DNA of 64,000 nucleotides from Macrostomum lignano (taxonomy: Eukaryota), in the NCBI GenBank assembly GCA_002269645.1, contig NIVC01002491.1, positions 1 through 64,000 of the forward strand, written 5' to 3'. Under the pieces are notes generated by a model, which saw only the letters and a list, made by a program, of their open reading frames with translations, ran no database searches and was not told the DNA's origin. This document shows positions 52,153 through 64,000 of the stretch, piece by piece. How positions within the stretch are numbered: the first letter of the stretch is position 1; each line of letters begins with the position of its first letter. The position numbers and the translations under genes are program-made.

Positions 52153-52231
52153 GGTATACGGCAGGAGTAACTATGACGATATTTTTAAAGCTAAATGCCT
52201 CGCCAGCTAATTAGTGCTGCGTGCAGATTCC
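52153..52231 (+). pseudogene. Degenerate 28S rRNA fragment (helix 69-71 region) inside the transposon
   Basis: GGTATACGGCAGGAGTAACTATGAC matches the conserved 28S sequence GGTAAACGGCGGGAGTAACTATGAC at 23/25. AGCTAAATGCCTCGCCAGCTAATTAGTG matches AGCCAAATGCCTCGTCATCTAATTAGTG at 25/28. The two blocks are collinear. Confidence 0.85.
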
Positions 52232-53562
52232 GCGTTTTTATAACAGCTAATCAGTATGTCATCTAGTGGCGGCATGAAGCAATTAGTAAATTGTCAGTAC
52301 AGTGTAGTGAGCATACTACAAAAGTCATGATTCATGAATGTCCAGAAGTAAGTGAAGTGAATACAGTGTGACCTATAGCTCAAGAACGATTTGCTAGACG
52401 ATTTGGCATGGAAGATGAGAGCCCTGATTCAGATGGCTCATCAGATGCAGAATACGAATCCAGTAGAGATACGAGCTGTGAAAACCCACAGATTTTTAAA
52501 CCACTGAACTCCAATTCCCGGAACTATTTTTGCATAGATTCTAAATTTGAAGTCATGCTCAAACAAAAACTTGTTAACAGTTAGGAAAAAGGCAAAGATG
52601 GGAGTAAATGCATGTTTAAACTAAGATTTGAGGCCTTTGCAAATTCTCTCCTTTCCTCAATCTTCTCATCCTCTTTTTCTTTTCTCTCTCATCCCTTATC
52701 CCTTCTCTCTTTCCTCTCCTCTCTCCTCTCTTTTCTCTCCTCTCTCCTCTCTTTCCTCTCCTCTCCTATCTCTTCTGTCTCCTCTCTACATTCTTATCTC
52801 CTCTCGTCTCTCCATTCCACTCTACTCTCTCATCTTATCTTCCCTCTCGTCTCTCTCCACTCTACTCTCTCATCTTATCTCTCTTTTCTACTCTCTCATC
52901 TCTCCTCTCTTCACTCTCCTCTCATCTCCTCTTTATCCTCTCTTCTCTCATCTACTCTCTCCTCTTTCCTCTTTCCTCTCTTCTGATCTCATCCATCATC
53001 TTTTCTTTCCTCTTTCCTCTAATCTCCTCTTCTCTCTCATCTCTTTTTCCTCCCTCAGCTTTTCTCTCCTCTTCTATCTTTTCTCCCATCGCATCGCTCG
53101 CCTCCCCTCTGTTTGCTTATCTCTAATCTTCTATTCCCTCTACTTTGAAGTAAGAAAATATGCACATATTTTTGCTGAAGATAAGAGGAGAGAAGAGGGC
53201 ATTGAGGAGAAAGGGTAGAGAGAAAGGGGGAGAAGAGAGGAGAGTAAAAATGAGAGGAGAGAGAAGAGGGAAAAGGGGGGAGAGAGAGAAGAGGGGAGGC
53301 AAGGTAGAGAAGAAGAGAGAGATGAGAATTGAAGAGACACCAACCTTGCTGGTTAGGAAGTTTCAAAGAACCCGAGGGGCGAGGGCCAGATAGAGGGGCT
53401 TCGCGAGCCGGAGTTTGCCAACCCCTGCTCCAGAGTTTAAGAAATCAATGGGAAACTGTGGACGCGGGCTTCTGATTTCAAAGATCTTGTCTGTGGTTGA
53501 AGGCTTCTATTCTGTTTTTGCTCTCCTGCCACACTTGCACCTACTACCCCTGATTGCCTCTG

Positions 53563-54125
53563 ATTGTGACTTACTTCCCTCTTATTGCGACTTAGTTGCT
53601 TCTTTTTGCGACTTACCTAATCCTTTTTGCGACTTACCTAATCCTTTTTGCGACTTACCTAATCCTTTTGCAACTTACCTAACCCTTTTGCGACTTACCT
53701 AATCCTTTTGCGACTTACCTAACCCTTTTGCGACTTACCTAATCCTTTTGCGACTTACCTAATCCTTTTGCGACTTACCTAATCCTTTTGCGACTTACCT
53801 AACCCTTTTGCGACTTACCTAATCCTTTTGCGACTTAGCTGATCCTTTTGCGACTTACCTGATTCTTGTTGCGACTTACCTGATCCTTTTTGCGACTTAC
53901 CTGATCCTTTTTGCGACTTACCTAACCCTTTTGCGACTTACCTGATCCTTTTTGCGACTTAGTTTGCTTCTTTTGCGACTTACCTGATTCCTGTTGCGAC
54001 TTACCTGATCCTTTTTGCGACTTAGTTTGCTTCTTTTGCGACTTACCTGATCCTTTTTGCGACTTACCTGATCCTTTTTGCGACTTACCTGATTTTTTTT
54101 ACAACTTAGTTTGCTTCTTTTGCGA
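53563..54125. repeat. 20-21-bp array (TGCGACTTACCTAATCCTTT), ~27 copies, inside the 52058-54304 element
   Basis: Direct reading. Confidence 0.95.
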
Positions 54126-54626
54126 ATAGTTTTTCTTTTGCTTCACCATTTTCCCTGAACTGCTCTTTCTTTCGCTTTCCTCTTGCCTTTCTTGGTTCTT
54201 GTGTTTTTCTGTTTTTGGTTGACTCAATTTTGCGACTTACCCCTGGTCAGCCACGATTTACGGTGGCCGGATCGGCCAGGTCGGCCAGCAGTTGCGCATG
54301 TATGCTCTAAATAAGTTATTTTTATGCTTGGTAAAATTTGCCATTAAATAAAGAATGCAAATCAAATTCCTTCCAGTATATAACTAGCATGATCTAGACT
54401 AAAGTATAAATATTTTTAGCTCTTAAAGTATTTTTGCAATAAAAATAAAGAAAATAAAGTGGATTTACAAAAATAAGTGCTTATACAATATAGATATATT
54501 CAATGATATAGAATTGTAATATGCTATACCATATCTCAAGAAAACATGTTTTTCTATTTATTTTATTATATTCTATGTCACAAAGCTAATCTATACCATA
54601 GCATGTTACCTTTACTATGCAATAGC

Positions 54627-55906
54627 CAGTGTTAGGCATAATTCCAAAACTCTGATATTCTAATATTCCAATACTTTTGGTGATACCTTTTGGGTATTGG
54701 AGTATCAGAAGCCAATACTTTTTTATGGTATTAGACTTTGGTAACTTCTGATAAAATTTTCAATTTTTCTTCAATTTCAAATCTATCAAATTTTAGTTTG
54801 ATAGTCCATCAATAGTTTGATAGTCCAATACTTTTAAAATTTTGAGCTAGCAAACTATTAAAATTTCATTAAAATGAATGAAATAGTTGTAGAAATTTGC
54901 AGAAAGAAATGATAAATTACTTCATTTTTATGTCAGTGAAGCTGAAATAATTAATACTTTCATCCTTAAAACTGGTTTTTAAAACTTTTTAAAATTGCTT
55001 GCGCTATATATACTCTATCATGCAATTAGTTAGTAATTAGTAATTCTTATCAAAATGATATTATTTAGTCAATTATCATACTGCAAGTTCTGCAACATTG
55101 TCACTATCAGCACTGATTCAGATTGCCAATTGATTCTACAATTTCTACAATATAGTGTATATATGAGTATTACACAATAATAATAAGCAGTTTAGTGAAC
55201 AATGCATATATGTAAACAGTCAGCAATAAATAAATAAATATACTATTTTGGATACATATATTAGGCAAGGCCAAGTTGAGTAAATAAAAGGAAAAGAAGT
55301 GACATGATTTATTTAAGTTTAAATGTATAAAAAGCAGAGAAGTGGGGTGTTAGCCAATCAGAGATAAGGCTTTAAAGTTTGTACCTCCATTTAGAGCATT
55401 TGGTCTAGCTGGCTGGCTACATGTACATGTAAATGCACTCAATCCAAAAAACAAGGCTATAGTTAAGTGTGCAGGTGCACCAATCCTAGACTAGCAGGCT
55501 ACCACACTATACTAAAACAATAATAATACTAATAGGCATAAAAAAGACTAACAATAGTGGCTAATAAGCAGTTAATTGATGACTACAGTGGCAACATTAG
55601 TTTTCATTTGTTGATTTTATTTTATTTGTTTTACTAAAGGCTTCATCATTTAAAACAATGCTAAGCTTGCTTTATTTGCCTGAGAAACCAAGGAGAAGGT
55701 CTGAGAAGCTTAAATTATATACATTTTTATTCCTTAAACATTTATTTTTGCAAAAACCAGGTATCAGAATAGAGTATCAGAATTAGGGTATTGCTGATAC
55801 TCAAATTTGGATATTGGACTTTCAGATATTGGTGATACTTTTTTTAGAAAAGATATCAGAGTATTGGTTTTTACCAATACTTTTTTGAGTATCATGCCCA
55901 ACACAG
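54627..55906. mobile_element. Non-autonomous hAT-type element, 1280 bp
   Basis: Imperfect TIRs CAGTGTTAGGCATAATTCCAAAA / TTTTGAGTATCATGCCCAACACAG, exact 8-bp TSD GCAATAGC, and subterminal GATAC/GTATC/CCAATAC motifs at both ends. Confidence 0.8.
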
Positions 55907-57864
55907 GCAATAGCCAAATGCATGCCAATATTTTTTGGCCAAACCAAATGCATACTAAAATTTTCTTGCATTTATTTGTTTGCCCTTTGGAATAAGGCAT
56001 TTTAAAATTTATGTTGTCCATTTTAGTTTTGTAATATTATTAAGAAATTAGCAATATTATATATAAAAATGACACAAGTTAACAAAAGCCATTTATAAAT
56101 TTATTGTTATTCCTAGATTCAATAACTTTGATGTCTTTGTTTTCATTTAAATTGAATTGAATAGGAACTCTGAGCAGTCTTGTTGATTATAAAATTAACA
56201 ATTATAATGTTATTATTTTATAACAAATTAGCAAAAATGCAAAGAATTATAAAAATTATAAAAATCATTAATCAATTATTGATAGTGATCAAGGTTGATT
56301 GATATTATTAATACTAATACTGATACTGATCTAAGCCATGTGCCAATTATGCCAAGTTTCAGACCTTCATTTTTCTTTTTGCACTAAATATGCTAAGTGT
56401 ACCAAAGAAGTGGCCTCTATACTAGAAAATTTGGTGAAATCTACTGCTTTCCTAACAATGAAACTATAGAATATAGCTGGTGTATTATTAGCATACTAAA
56501 TAGGGGCAGTTGTTATATTTACTCCAAATTAAATAACAAACTTGCAACAAATAATAAAAGGTTATTAAATTAAAAAAATAATGAAGTGTATTATTAATAT
56601 ATTGATACAATAGTAACTTCTAATGATTATTGTCAGACTTTTGTTTGCATACCTAATGTAATTGTAACTATTTAATATAGAAAAAATATCTTTCCCATGA
56701 TCCTAAAAGTAGCAAAAAAAATGCAAAGGCCAACTAGCAAAAATGCAATGGCCAAATATTGACCATTTTGCTTCTTATGAATAGTGACTATAAATTAAGT
56801 TTCAGTATTTATAGTTACATTAAGTTAAAGCCTTATATATTGACCTAAGGATAATGTTTTTATTGATGACTTTAATATTCACTCATTTTTATATAATTAA
56901 TAAATTTCCCAATTGTTTGGCCTAGTTATTATTCATTTCTTGCCATATTAAAGATGGTAAGAAGATAATAAAAGAATCTTTTTAGGTATAAGGACTCCTA
57001 TGAGATTTTAAAGGTTAAAATATGAAATTTTTTCCTATTAGGGGAAAAAAACCTTCCATCAATAGAAAAAATTGTTTTGTTCTTAGGTTAGACAATTTAG
57101 CAACATTTTCATATAGTCATAACAAAAATATACGAGTAAAAATGACTATAATTTAAGTCTTGCTACTTATTCTGCAACTAAGTAGAGAATTATAGTTTTT
57201 GATCTATTTCTAAGCAAACTATACAAACAATTTTATCTAGTCAATGTAAACTTTTGACCCTCAACTAAGCAGGTGTCTATGCCATTCTTGTAAGTCTAAT
57301 GCTGAAATTGCAAACCCTATCCTTTACTACAATAAATGCAATCTGATTGGTTGGGTCATAGAGGTATTGTCTTCATATGGACTTGTGACAATAGCCTTAA
57401 GTTTTTATTAAAACTATGAAAATATATTTGTAAAAACACACTTCTAAAATAACTGACATAAGTATAGTTTGACTCTGGCATAATAATTATAACCTATAAA
57501 AACTGATATTACAATAAAGTGTGTATATAGTTACTCTAAAGCCAATCTATATGCATTAGCATTTATGCCAAGGCTATTCTTCAGGTTGAATTTATGCTAG
57601 CACTTATGCTAGCCCTTCAAATACTAAATCTAAATTGATTCTGGAAGTTTTTTGTATACATGTAGGTAACATGATCTAGATTATAGTTAGCATACATAGC
57701 ATATAGCATGGGTGATAGTATGTGTTGGCAATATTATTTATTATATTTGATGCTGGGCCACCCTCCCAGATCCTCTCTTGCTAGGCTACTATCCTAGATC
57801 CCCAGTTTTTAAGCCACCAAAGCCTCTAGGACCTGGGACAGTGGCTGGGCAGTGGGCTGCCTTC

Positions 57865-58190
57865 ACAGACCCCCAGTTGCTGGGCCACCGCCACTTCCCA
57901 GACCCCCAGTTGCTGGGCCACCACTACATCCCAGTCCCCCAGTTACTAGGCCTCCGCCACCTCCCAGACCCCCAGTTGCTGGGCCACCACTACCTCCGAG
58001 TCCCCCAGTTACTGGGCCACCTCCCAGACCCCCAGTTGCTGGGCCTCCGCCACCTCCCAGACCCCCAGTTGCTGGGCCACCACTACCTCCGAGTCCCCCA
58101 GTTACTGGGCCTCCGCCACCTCGCAGACCCCCAGTTGCTGGGCCACCGCCACCTCGCAGACCCCCAGTTGCTCGGCACCGCCATCTCCCA
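57865..58190. repeat. ~30-bp minisatellite (CCCAGACCCCCAGTTGCTGGGCCACCGCCACTT) just upstream of the first identified FUBP exon
   Basis: Direct reading. Confidence 0.9.
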
Positions 58191-58236
58191 GCTAACACCA
58201 GCTGAAACATCGCATCGCCTCTCCCGTCCTTCGCAG

Positions 58237-61200
58237 CAAATCTTTTCAAACGCGGCCCCAACGGTCTACCCCAAGCAATCTATAGCCATCGGCTTGGCGA
58301 CTAGCGTAGCCAAGCGCCCAGCAACTGCAGCCCTGTTTGACTCAGATGACGAATCGGCCCCGTCCGGCAAGCGACTCACGCAGGAAGCCGACGCGGTCGA
58401 TAATAACGGTACAGTTGTCGATACAGAGGCGGGTAACGAATTAGCACTGGCTGAAGATAACGGCATCGGTCTGGATAGCAACGAGAATATGAGCCTGACA
58501 GTGGAGCACAGCATTCCGGACCGCCTGGTTGGCCTCATGATTGGCAAAGGCGGTGAATCTATTAATAGACTGCAGGACGAATCCGGCGCTAGGATTCAAA
58601 TTAGTACGGATAATAGCGGCCCGCAGCGCCAGGTGAGACAGGGTTCGGTATACTATTACAGTTGTATGTGCATGCGATTGATTCAGATCAGTGTTAACTA
58701 GAATATATACTGGGTTGACTCTTGTGGATTGATTGATTAGGAGTGGGATATCGGGAGTGAATTGATTGAATATTGATTGTGATATCGATTGATTGTGATA
58801 TCGATTGATTGAGATATCGATTGATTGAGATATCGATTGATTAGGATATCGATTGATTAGGATATCGATTGATTAGGATATCTATTGACTGTGATATTGA
58901 TTGACTGTGATATTGATTGACTGTGATATTGATTGACAATGATATTGATTGATTGGGAGATCGATTGACTGTGATATCGATTGATTAGGATATCGATTGA
59001 TTGTAATATCGATTGACTGTGATATCGATTACTTATGATATAAATTGACTGAGGTATCGATTGATTGAGATCGATTGATTGTGATATCGATTGACTGTGA
59101 TATCGATTGATTAGGATGTCGATTGATAGTGATATCGATTGATTGAAATATCAATTGATTGAGGTATCGATTGATTGAGATCGATTGATTGGGATATCGA
59201 TTGATTGGAACATCGATTGATTGGGATATCGATTGATTGGAACATCGATTGATTGGGATATCGATTGATTGGAACATCGATTGATTGGGATATCGATTGA
59301 TTGGAACATCGATTGATTGGGATATCGATTGATTGGAACATCGATTGATTGGGATTTAGGCTTATTGTAGTATTGAATGATATGGGATATTTGTTAATAA
59401 TTCGATAAAATTTATCAATTGGTTTTCATTGATCATTATTATAATAATAGTTAGAATTTGAGAGTATTGGTTTATTTAGTTATCTATTCGTAAGATTCGA
59501 TTAGAATTTCTGCAGACACTTCACCGCCACAACAATTCAGCAGTTATAATATAATCCTAAACTCGTCATTCCCATTGCCCAGGTGACAATCACTGGCACT
59601 CAGGAGCAGGTTGAGCGGGCTCGCCAGCTCATGGACACCATCGTGGCCAATGCTGAGAGAAGCGGCGGCGAAGGCGGCAGCGGCGGCACTTCGTCGCGCG
59701 ACGGCGGCTTAGGCGGCGGCGGCGGCGGTCAGGACAGCATCGTCATACAGGTGCCCGCGCCGAAGGTCGGCCTGCTGATTGGCAAAGCTGGCGAGACTAT
59801 TAAAAGTCTGCAGGATAAGGCCGGAGTTCGGATGCTGCTAGTGCAGGACTCCACCACCTCTGCGCTGCCCGAGAAGCCTTTGAAGATTATTGGTATGCAT
59901 TGCTAATGACTCGCCTGCATTGCTTTATGGCACATCTGTCTCCATTTATGACTCACCTGTCTCGATTTATGACTTAACTGTCTTACTTTATGACACAAAT
60001 GTCTCCGTTTACGACTCACCTATATTGATTTATGACACACCTGTCTCCATTTATGACACACCTGTCTCCATTTATGACTCACATGTCTCGCTTTATGACA
60101 CACCTGTCTCCATTTATGACTCACCTGTCTCACTTTATGACACACCTGTCTCCATTTATGACTTACCTGTCTCGCTTTATGACACACCTGTCTCCATTTA
60201 TGACTCACCTGTCTCGCTTTATGACACACCTGTCTCCATTTATGACTCACCTGTCTCGCTTTATGACTCACCTGTCTCGCTTTATGACACACCGTCTCCA
60301 TTTATGACTCACCTGTCTCGCTTTATGACACCCGTCTCCATTTGACTTGTCTCACTTGTCTCGCTTGTCTCACTGACTCTACGATCTTATTCACTGACTC
60401 ACCAGTCTCACCCAGCCTCATTGCGAGTTCCCCCCTTCCCCCAACTGCGCCCAACCAGGCTCGCCGGACCGTCTGAACCACGCTCGCGAGCTGGTGATGG
60501 AGCTGCTGAACTCCAAGGACGCCAGAGAATTTCCGCCTGGCCAACGCGGCGGCATGGGCGGCGGAGGCCCCGGCATCATGGGCGGCTTCGATTCTCGTGG
60601 TGTTCGAGGCGGCGGCGGCATGGGCGGTGGCGGCATGGGCGGTGGCGGCATGGGCGGCGGTGGCATGGGCGGCGGCGGCATGGGCGGTGGCAGCTTCGGC
60701 AGTTTTGGCGACGCCTACCACGAAATGAAGGTGCCCCGCCGATGCGTCGGCGTTGTCATTGGCAAAGGCGGCGATATGTTGCGCAAAATTAATCAAGAGA
60801 CGGGCGCCAAGGTGCAGTTCCGACAGGAGGGACCAGCGGACAGGGAGCTGCCCGAGCGAATGCTGCAGGTGTGTTGTCTCACTATGCCTACTGACTAATT
60901 AGATGGCGAGGCAGTAGTCAGTAATAGTTACTCCCGCCGTTTACCTTTTGCCTGAAATAAAAAAAACTGCTCTTGTTACGATACCACTGTGAGTAGTGCG
61001 ATCCGTCTATATATAATTTCACGCTATCCTAACCAACTACAGGTGTCCGGCAGCAACTCGGCAGTGCAGCAGGCCATGGAACGGGTGCAACACCTTATCA
61101 GCGCTGTGCTTAGCGGCGAGATTCCCGTGACTGACCGGCCGCGCGGGCCCGAGAGCCGCACCGTCACCTACGCCGTGCCGGCCGAGAAAGCCGGCCTAGT

Positions 61201-64000
61201 TATTGGCAAAGGCGGCGAGACCGTCAAAGAAATTAATCGCATCTCCGGCGCCTACGTTGCTATCCAGCGGGAGAATCCTCCGAACGGCTCCACCAAGGTG
61301 TTCGATATTCAGGTAATTGTCTTTGCTCTTTCGGTTTTAAAAAGTGTTTTTTCTGCTTTCTTGACTTTAGATCTGGAATCAGACAGGTATTCAGAGTCAA
61401 AATGCACTCTTTGTGTAGAAATGGCATTATTGGTGTCAAAATGGCAGTCCTAATGTGAAAATGGCTTACCATTTCAGTTACAATATGGCATTCTCAGTAT
61501 CAAAATGGCATTCCTAGTGTCAAAATGGCATTCCTAGTGACAAAAATGGCATTCCTAGTGACAAAATGGCATTCTCAGTGTCAAAATGGCATTATCAGTG
61601 AAAATATGACATTCTCAGTATCAGAACGGCATTCCCAGTGTCAAAATGGCATTCCCAGTGTCAAAATGGCATTTTGGGTGACAACATAGCACTCCCAGTG
61701 TCAAAATGGCATTTTTGGTGACAATATGGCATTCCCAGTGACAAAATGGCATTCCTAGCGTCAAAATGGCATTCCTAGTCACAAAATGGCATTCCTAGTG
61801 ACAAAATGACATTCTCAGTGACAAAAATGGCATTCCTAGTGACAAAATGGCATTCTCAGTGACAAAATGGCATTCCTAGTGACAAAATGGCATTCTCAGT
61901 GACAAAATGGCATTCCTAGTGACAAAATGGCATTCCCAGTATCAAAATGGCATTCCTAGTGTCAAAACGGCATTCCTAGTGTCAAAATGGCATTTTTGGT
62001 GACAATATGACATTCTCAGTATCAGAACGGCATTCCCAGTGTCAAAATGGCATTCCCAGTGTCAAAATGGCATTTTGGGTGACAACATAGCACTCCCAGT
62101 GTCAAAATGGCATTTTTGGTGACAATATGGCATTCCCAGTGACAAAATGGCATTCCTAGCGTCAAAATGGCATTCCTAGTCACAAAATGGCATTCCTAGT
62201 GACAAAATGGCATTCTCAGTGACAAAATGGCATTCCTAGTGACAAAATGGCATTCTCAGTGACAAAATGGCATTCCTAGTGACAAAATGGCATTCCCAGT
62301 ATCAAAATGGCATTCCTAGTGTCAAAACGGCATTCCTAGTGTCAAAATGGCATTTTTGGTGACAATATGACATTCTCAGTATCAGAACGGCATTCCCAGT
62401 GTCAAAATGGCATTCCCAGTGTCAAAATGGCATTTTGGGTGACAACATAGCACTCCCAGTGTCAAAATGGCATTTTTGGTGACAATATGGCATTCCCAGT
62501 GACAAAATGGCATTCCTAGCGTCAAAATGGCATTCCTAGTCACAAAATGGCATTCCTAGTGACAAAATGGCATTCTCAGTGACAAAATGGCATTCCTAGT
62601 ATCAAAATGGCTTCCCATTTCAGTTACAATATGGCATTCTCAGTATCAAAATGGCATTCCTAGTGTCAAAATGGCATTCCTAGTGACAAAAATGGCATTC
62701 CTAGTGACAAAATGGCATTCTCAGTGACAAAATGGCATTCTCAGTGACAAAATGGCATTCCCAGTATCAAAATGGCATTCCTAGTGTCAAAACGGCATTC
62801 CTAGTGTCAAAATGGCATTTTTGGTGACAATATGGTATTCCCAGTGTCAAAATGGCATTTTCAGGGTCAAAATGGCATTTTCAGTGTCAAAATGGCGTTC
62901 TCAGTATTAGAAAAACGGCAAAATGGCTTTCCTAGGAAAAAATTTTGCACGTCGAAATGGCTGCCTTAATGATAGCTCGTAAAGGGGCCCAGGGCACTCC
63001 AAAGCCTCATTGTTTAAACTATTTGAATAAATGCATCCGCAGGGCTCGCCAAGCCAAATCGCCGAGGCAATTCGCCTAATCTGCGAGAAAGCCGGCCTGC
63101 CCCAGCAGCCGCAGCAGCAGCAGTCGGCCGGTTTCTATGGCAACGGTGGTGGAGTTGCCGGCGCAGCCGGCGCCGGCGATTCCGCTCTGGCTCAGGAGGC
63201 TCTGCCGGCGCCGCAGTACAACAGCCAGACTGGCCAGATGGACTACAGCATGGCCTGGGCCGAGTACTACCGCAGGCAGGGCATGCACGAGTACGCTGAC
63301 GCCATTCTGCGACAGGCCGGCCAGCAGCAGCAGCCGCAGCAGCAGGTGTGTTGCGATATCCCCCCTGGTTCCTTGCTTATGACTGCTGGCCGCTATCCGC
63401 CCCTCTGGTCTCTCATGACAGGCCGCTATCCGCCCCGTGGTCTCTCATAACAGGCCGCTATCCGCCCCTCTGGTCTCTCATAACAGGCCGCTATCCGCCC
63501 TCTGGTCCCTCATGACTGGCCGCTATCCGCCACTTGGTCTCTCATGACTGGCCGCTATCCGCCTCTGGTCCCTCATGACTTGCCGCTATCCGCCTCTGGT
63601 CCCTCATGACTGGCCGCTATCCGCCCTCTGGTCCCTCATGACTGGCCGCTATCCGCCCCTTGGTCTCTCATAACAGGCCGCTATCCGCCCCCTGGTCCGT
63701 CATGACTGGCCGCTATCCGCCCCCTGGTCTCTCATAGCTGGCCGCTATCCGTCCTTTTATATATATCCTACCCCTGTTGAGTTTCTGTCTGCCCACTCTA
63801 GTCGCAAGTAGCTGAAATCGAATATATACATTAGGCAACATCCTGTCTGCAGGACCAACAGTGGCAGCAGTGGCAGCAGTGGCAGGCCTGGCAGAACGGC
63901 GGCCAGAACCAGCAGCAGGCGGCTGCCGGCGCCGGAGCGGCCGGGGCCCAGCAGCAGCAGCCGGGCAGCCAGCCGGGCGGTCAGGCCCAGCAGCAGGCGG
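58237..64000 (+). CDS. FUBP: Far upstream element-binding protein family (FUBP/KHSRP/Psi), 4 KH domains plus Tyr-rich motif; runs off the window
   Basis: Exons 58237-58632, 59583-59892, 60459-60868, 61043-61312, 63043-63345, 63853-end, all phase-compatible. KH GxxG loops VGLMIGKGG, VGLLIGKAG, VGVVIGKGG, AGLVIGKGG, followed by DYSMAWAEYYRRQG. The 5' end is unresolved. Confidence 0.92.
58735..59355. repeat. ~18-bp minisatellite (GATATCGATTGATTGG-type), FUBP intron
   Basis: Direct reading. Confidence 0.93.
59920..60345. repeat. 21-bp minisatellite (TTATGACACACCTGTCTCCAT), FUBP intron
   Basis: Direct reading. Confidence 0.93.
61425..62935. repeat. 20-bp minisatellite (GTGACAAAATGGCATTCCTA) with 360-bp higher-order repeat, FUBP intron
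   Basis: 61981-62240 is repeated at 62341-62600. Confidence 0.95.
63378..63755. repeat. ~32-bp minisatellite (CATGACTGGCCGCTATCCGCCCTCTGGTCTCT), FUBP intron
   Basis: Direct reading. Confidence 0.93.

Larger units (their letters stand above)
52058..54304. mobile_element. Non-autonomous DNA transposon (hAT/P-type), 2247 bp, carrying cargo
   Basis: 15-bp perfect TIR CATACATGCGCAACT (52058-52072) / AGTTGCGCATGTATG (54290-54304). Exact 8-bp TSD CTCTAAAT (52050-52057 and 54305-54312). Confidence 0.85.

Noticed and set aside
52153-52231. Functional rRNA gene
   Set aside because: Only ~65-80 nt, diverged at invariant positions, with no other rDNA nearby. Recorded as a pseudogene fragment.
52630-53335. 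Hydrophobic or Arg/Glu-rich ORFs
   Set aside because: CT-rich then GA-rich low-complexity tracts inside the transposon.
57778-58236. DPQLLGH-repeat N-terminus of FUBP
   Set aside because: TTG start, derived from a minisatellite, and followed by a good acceptor at 58236. Probably intron or outron sequence.

Overview
Eukaryotic (metazoan) genomic DNA with GC-rich exons, GT-AG introns and very many intronic mini- and microsatellites. This style suggests a free-living flatworm such as Macrostomum (inference only). Five protein-coding genes can be reconstructed by hand: (1) an intronless, divergent TRPV-type channel (883-2796, -); (2) a multi-exon SCHIP1 gene (4053 to at least 19618, -) with an N-terminal IQ motif, as in vertebrate IQCJ-SCHIP1, and an alternative first exon; (3) an intronless IFT56/TTC26 (34567-36240, +); (4) a 5-exon, ~951-aa DUF4470-like gene (42305-48157, +); (5) a FUBP/KHSRP/Psi-family 4xKH gene (58237 to beyond 64000, +). 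Between and within the genes are more than 20 distinct tandem arrays, several non-autonomous DNA transposons with exact target-site duplications (TSDs), tRNA-like SINE heads and decayed transposase fragments. Main findings: a 2.2-kb TIR element carries a 28S rRNA helix 69-71 fragment in which the 11-nt R2/I-PpoI/Pokey target core is replaced; two satellite arrays have units that read as complete 27-35-nt GT..branch..AG mini-introns; the IQCJ-SCHIP1 layout is present in an invertebrate; and RFX X-box motifs lie beside the cilia/sensory genes. Family calls come from motif recognition from memory. No database searches were run. Most long ORFs in the supplied track over repeats are artefacts.
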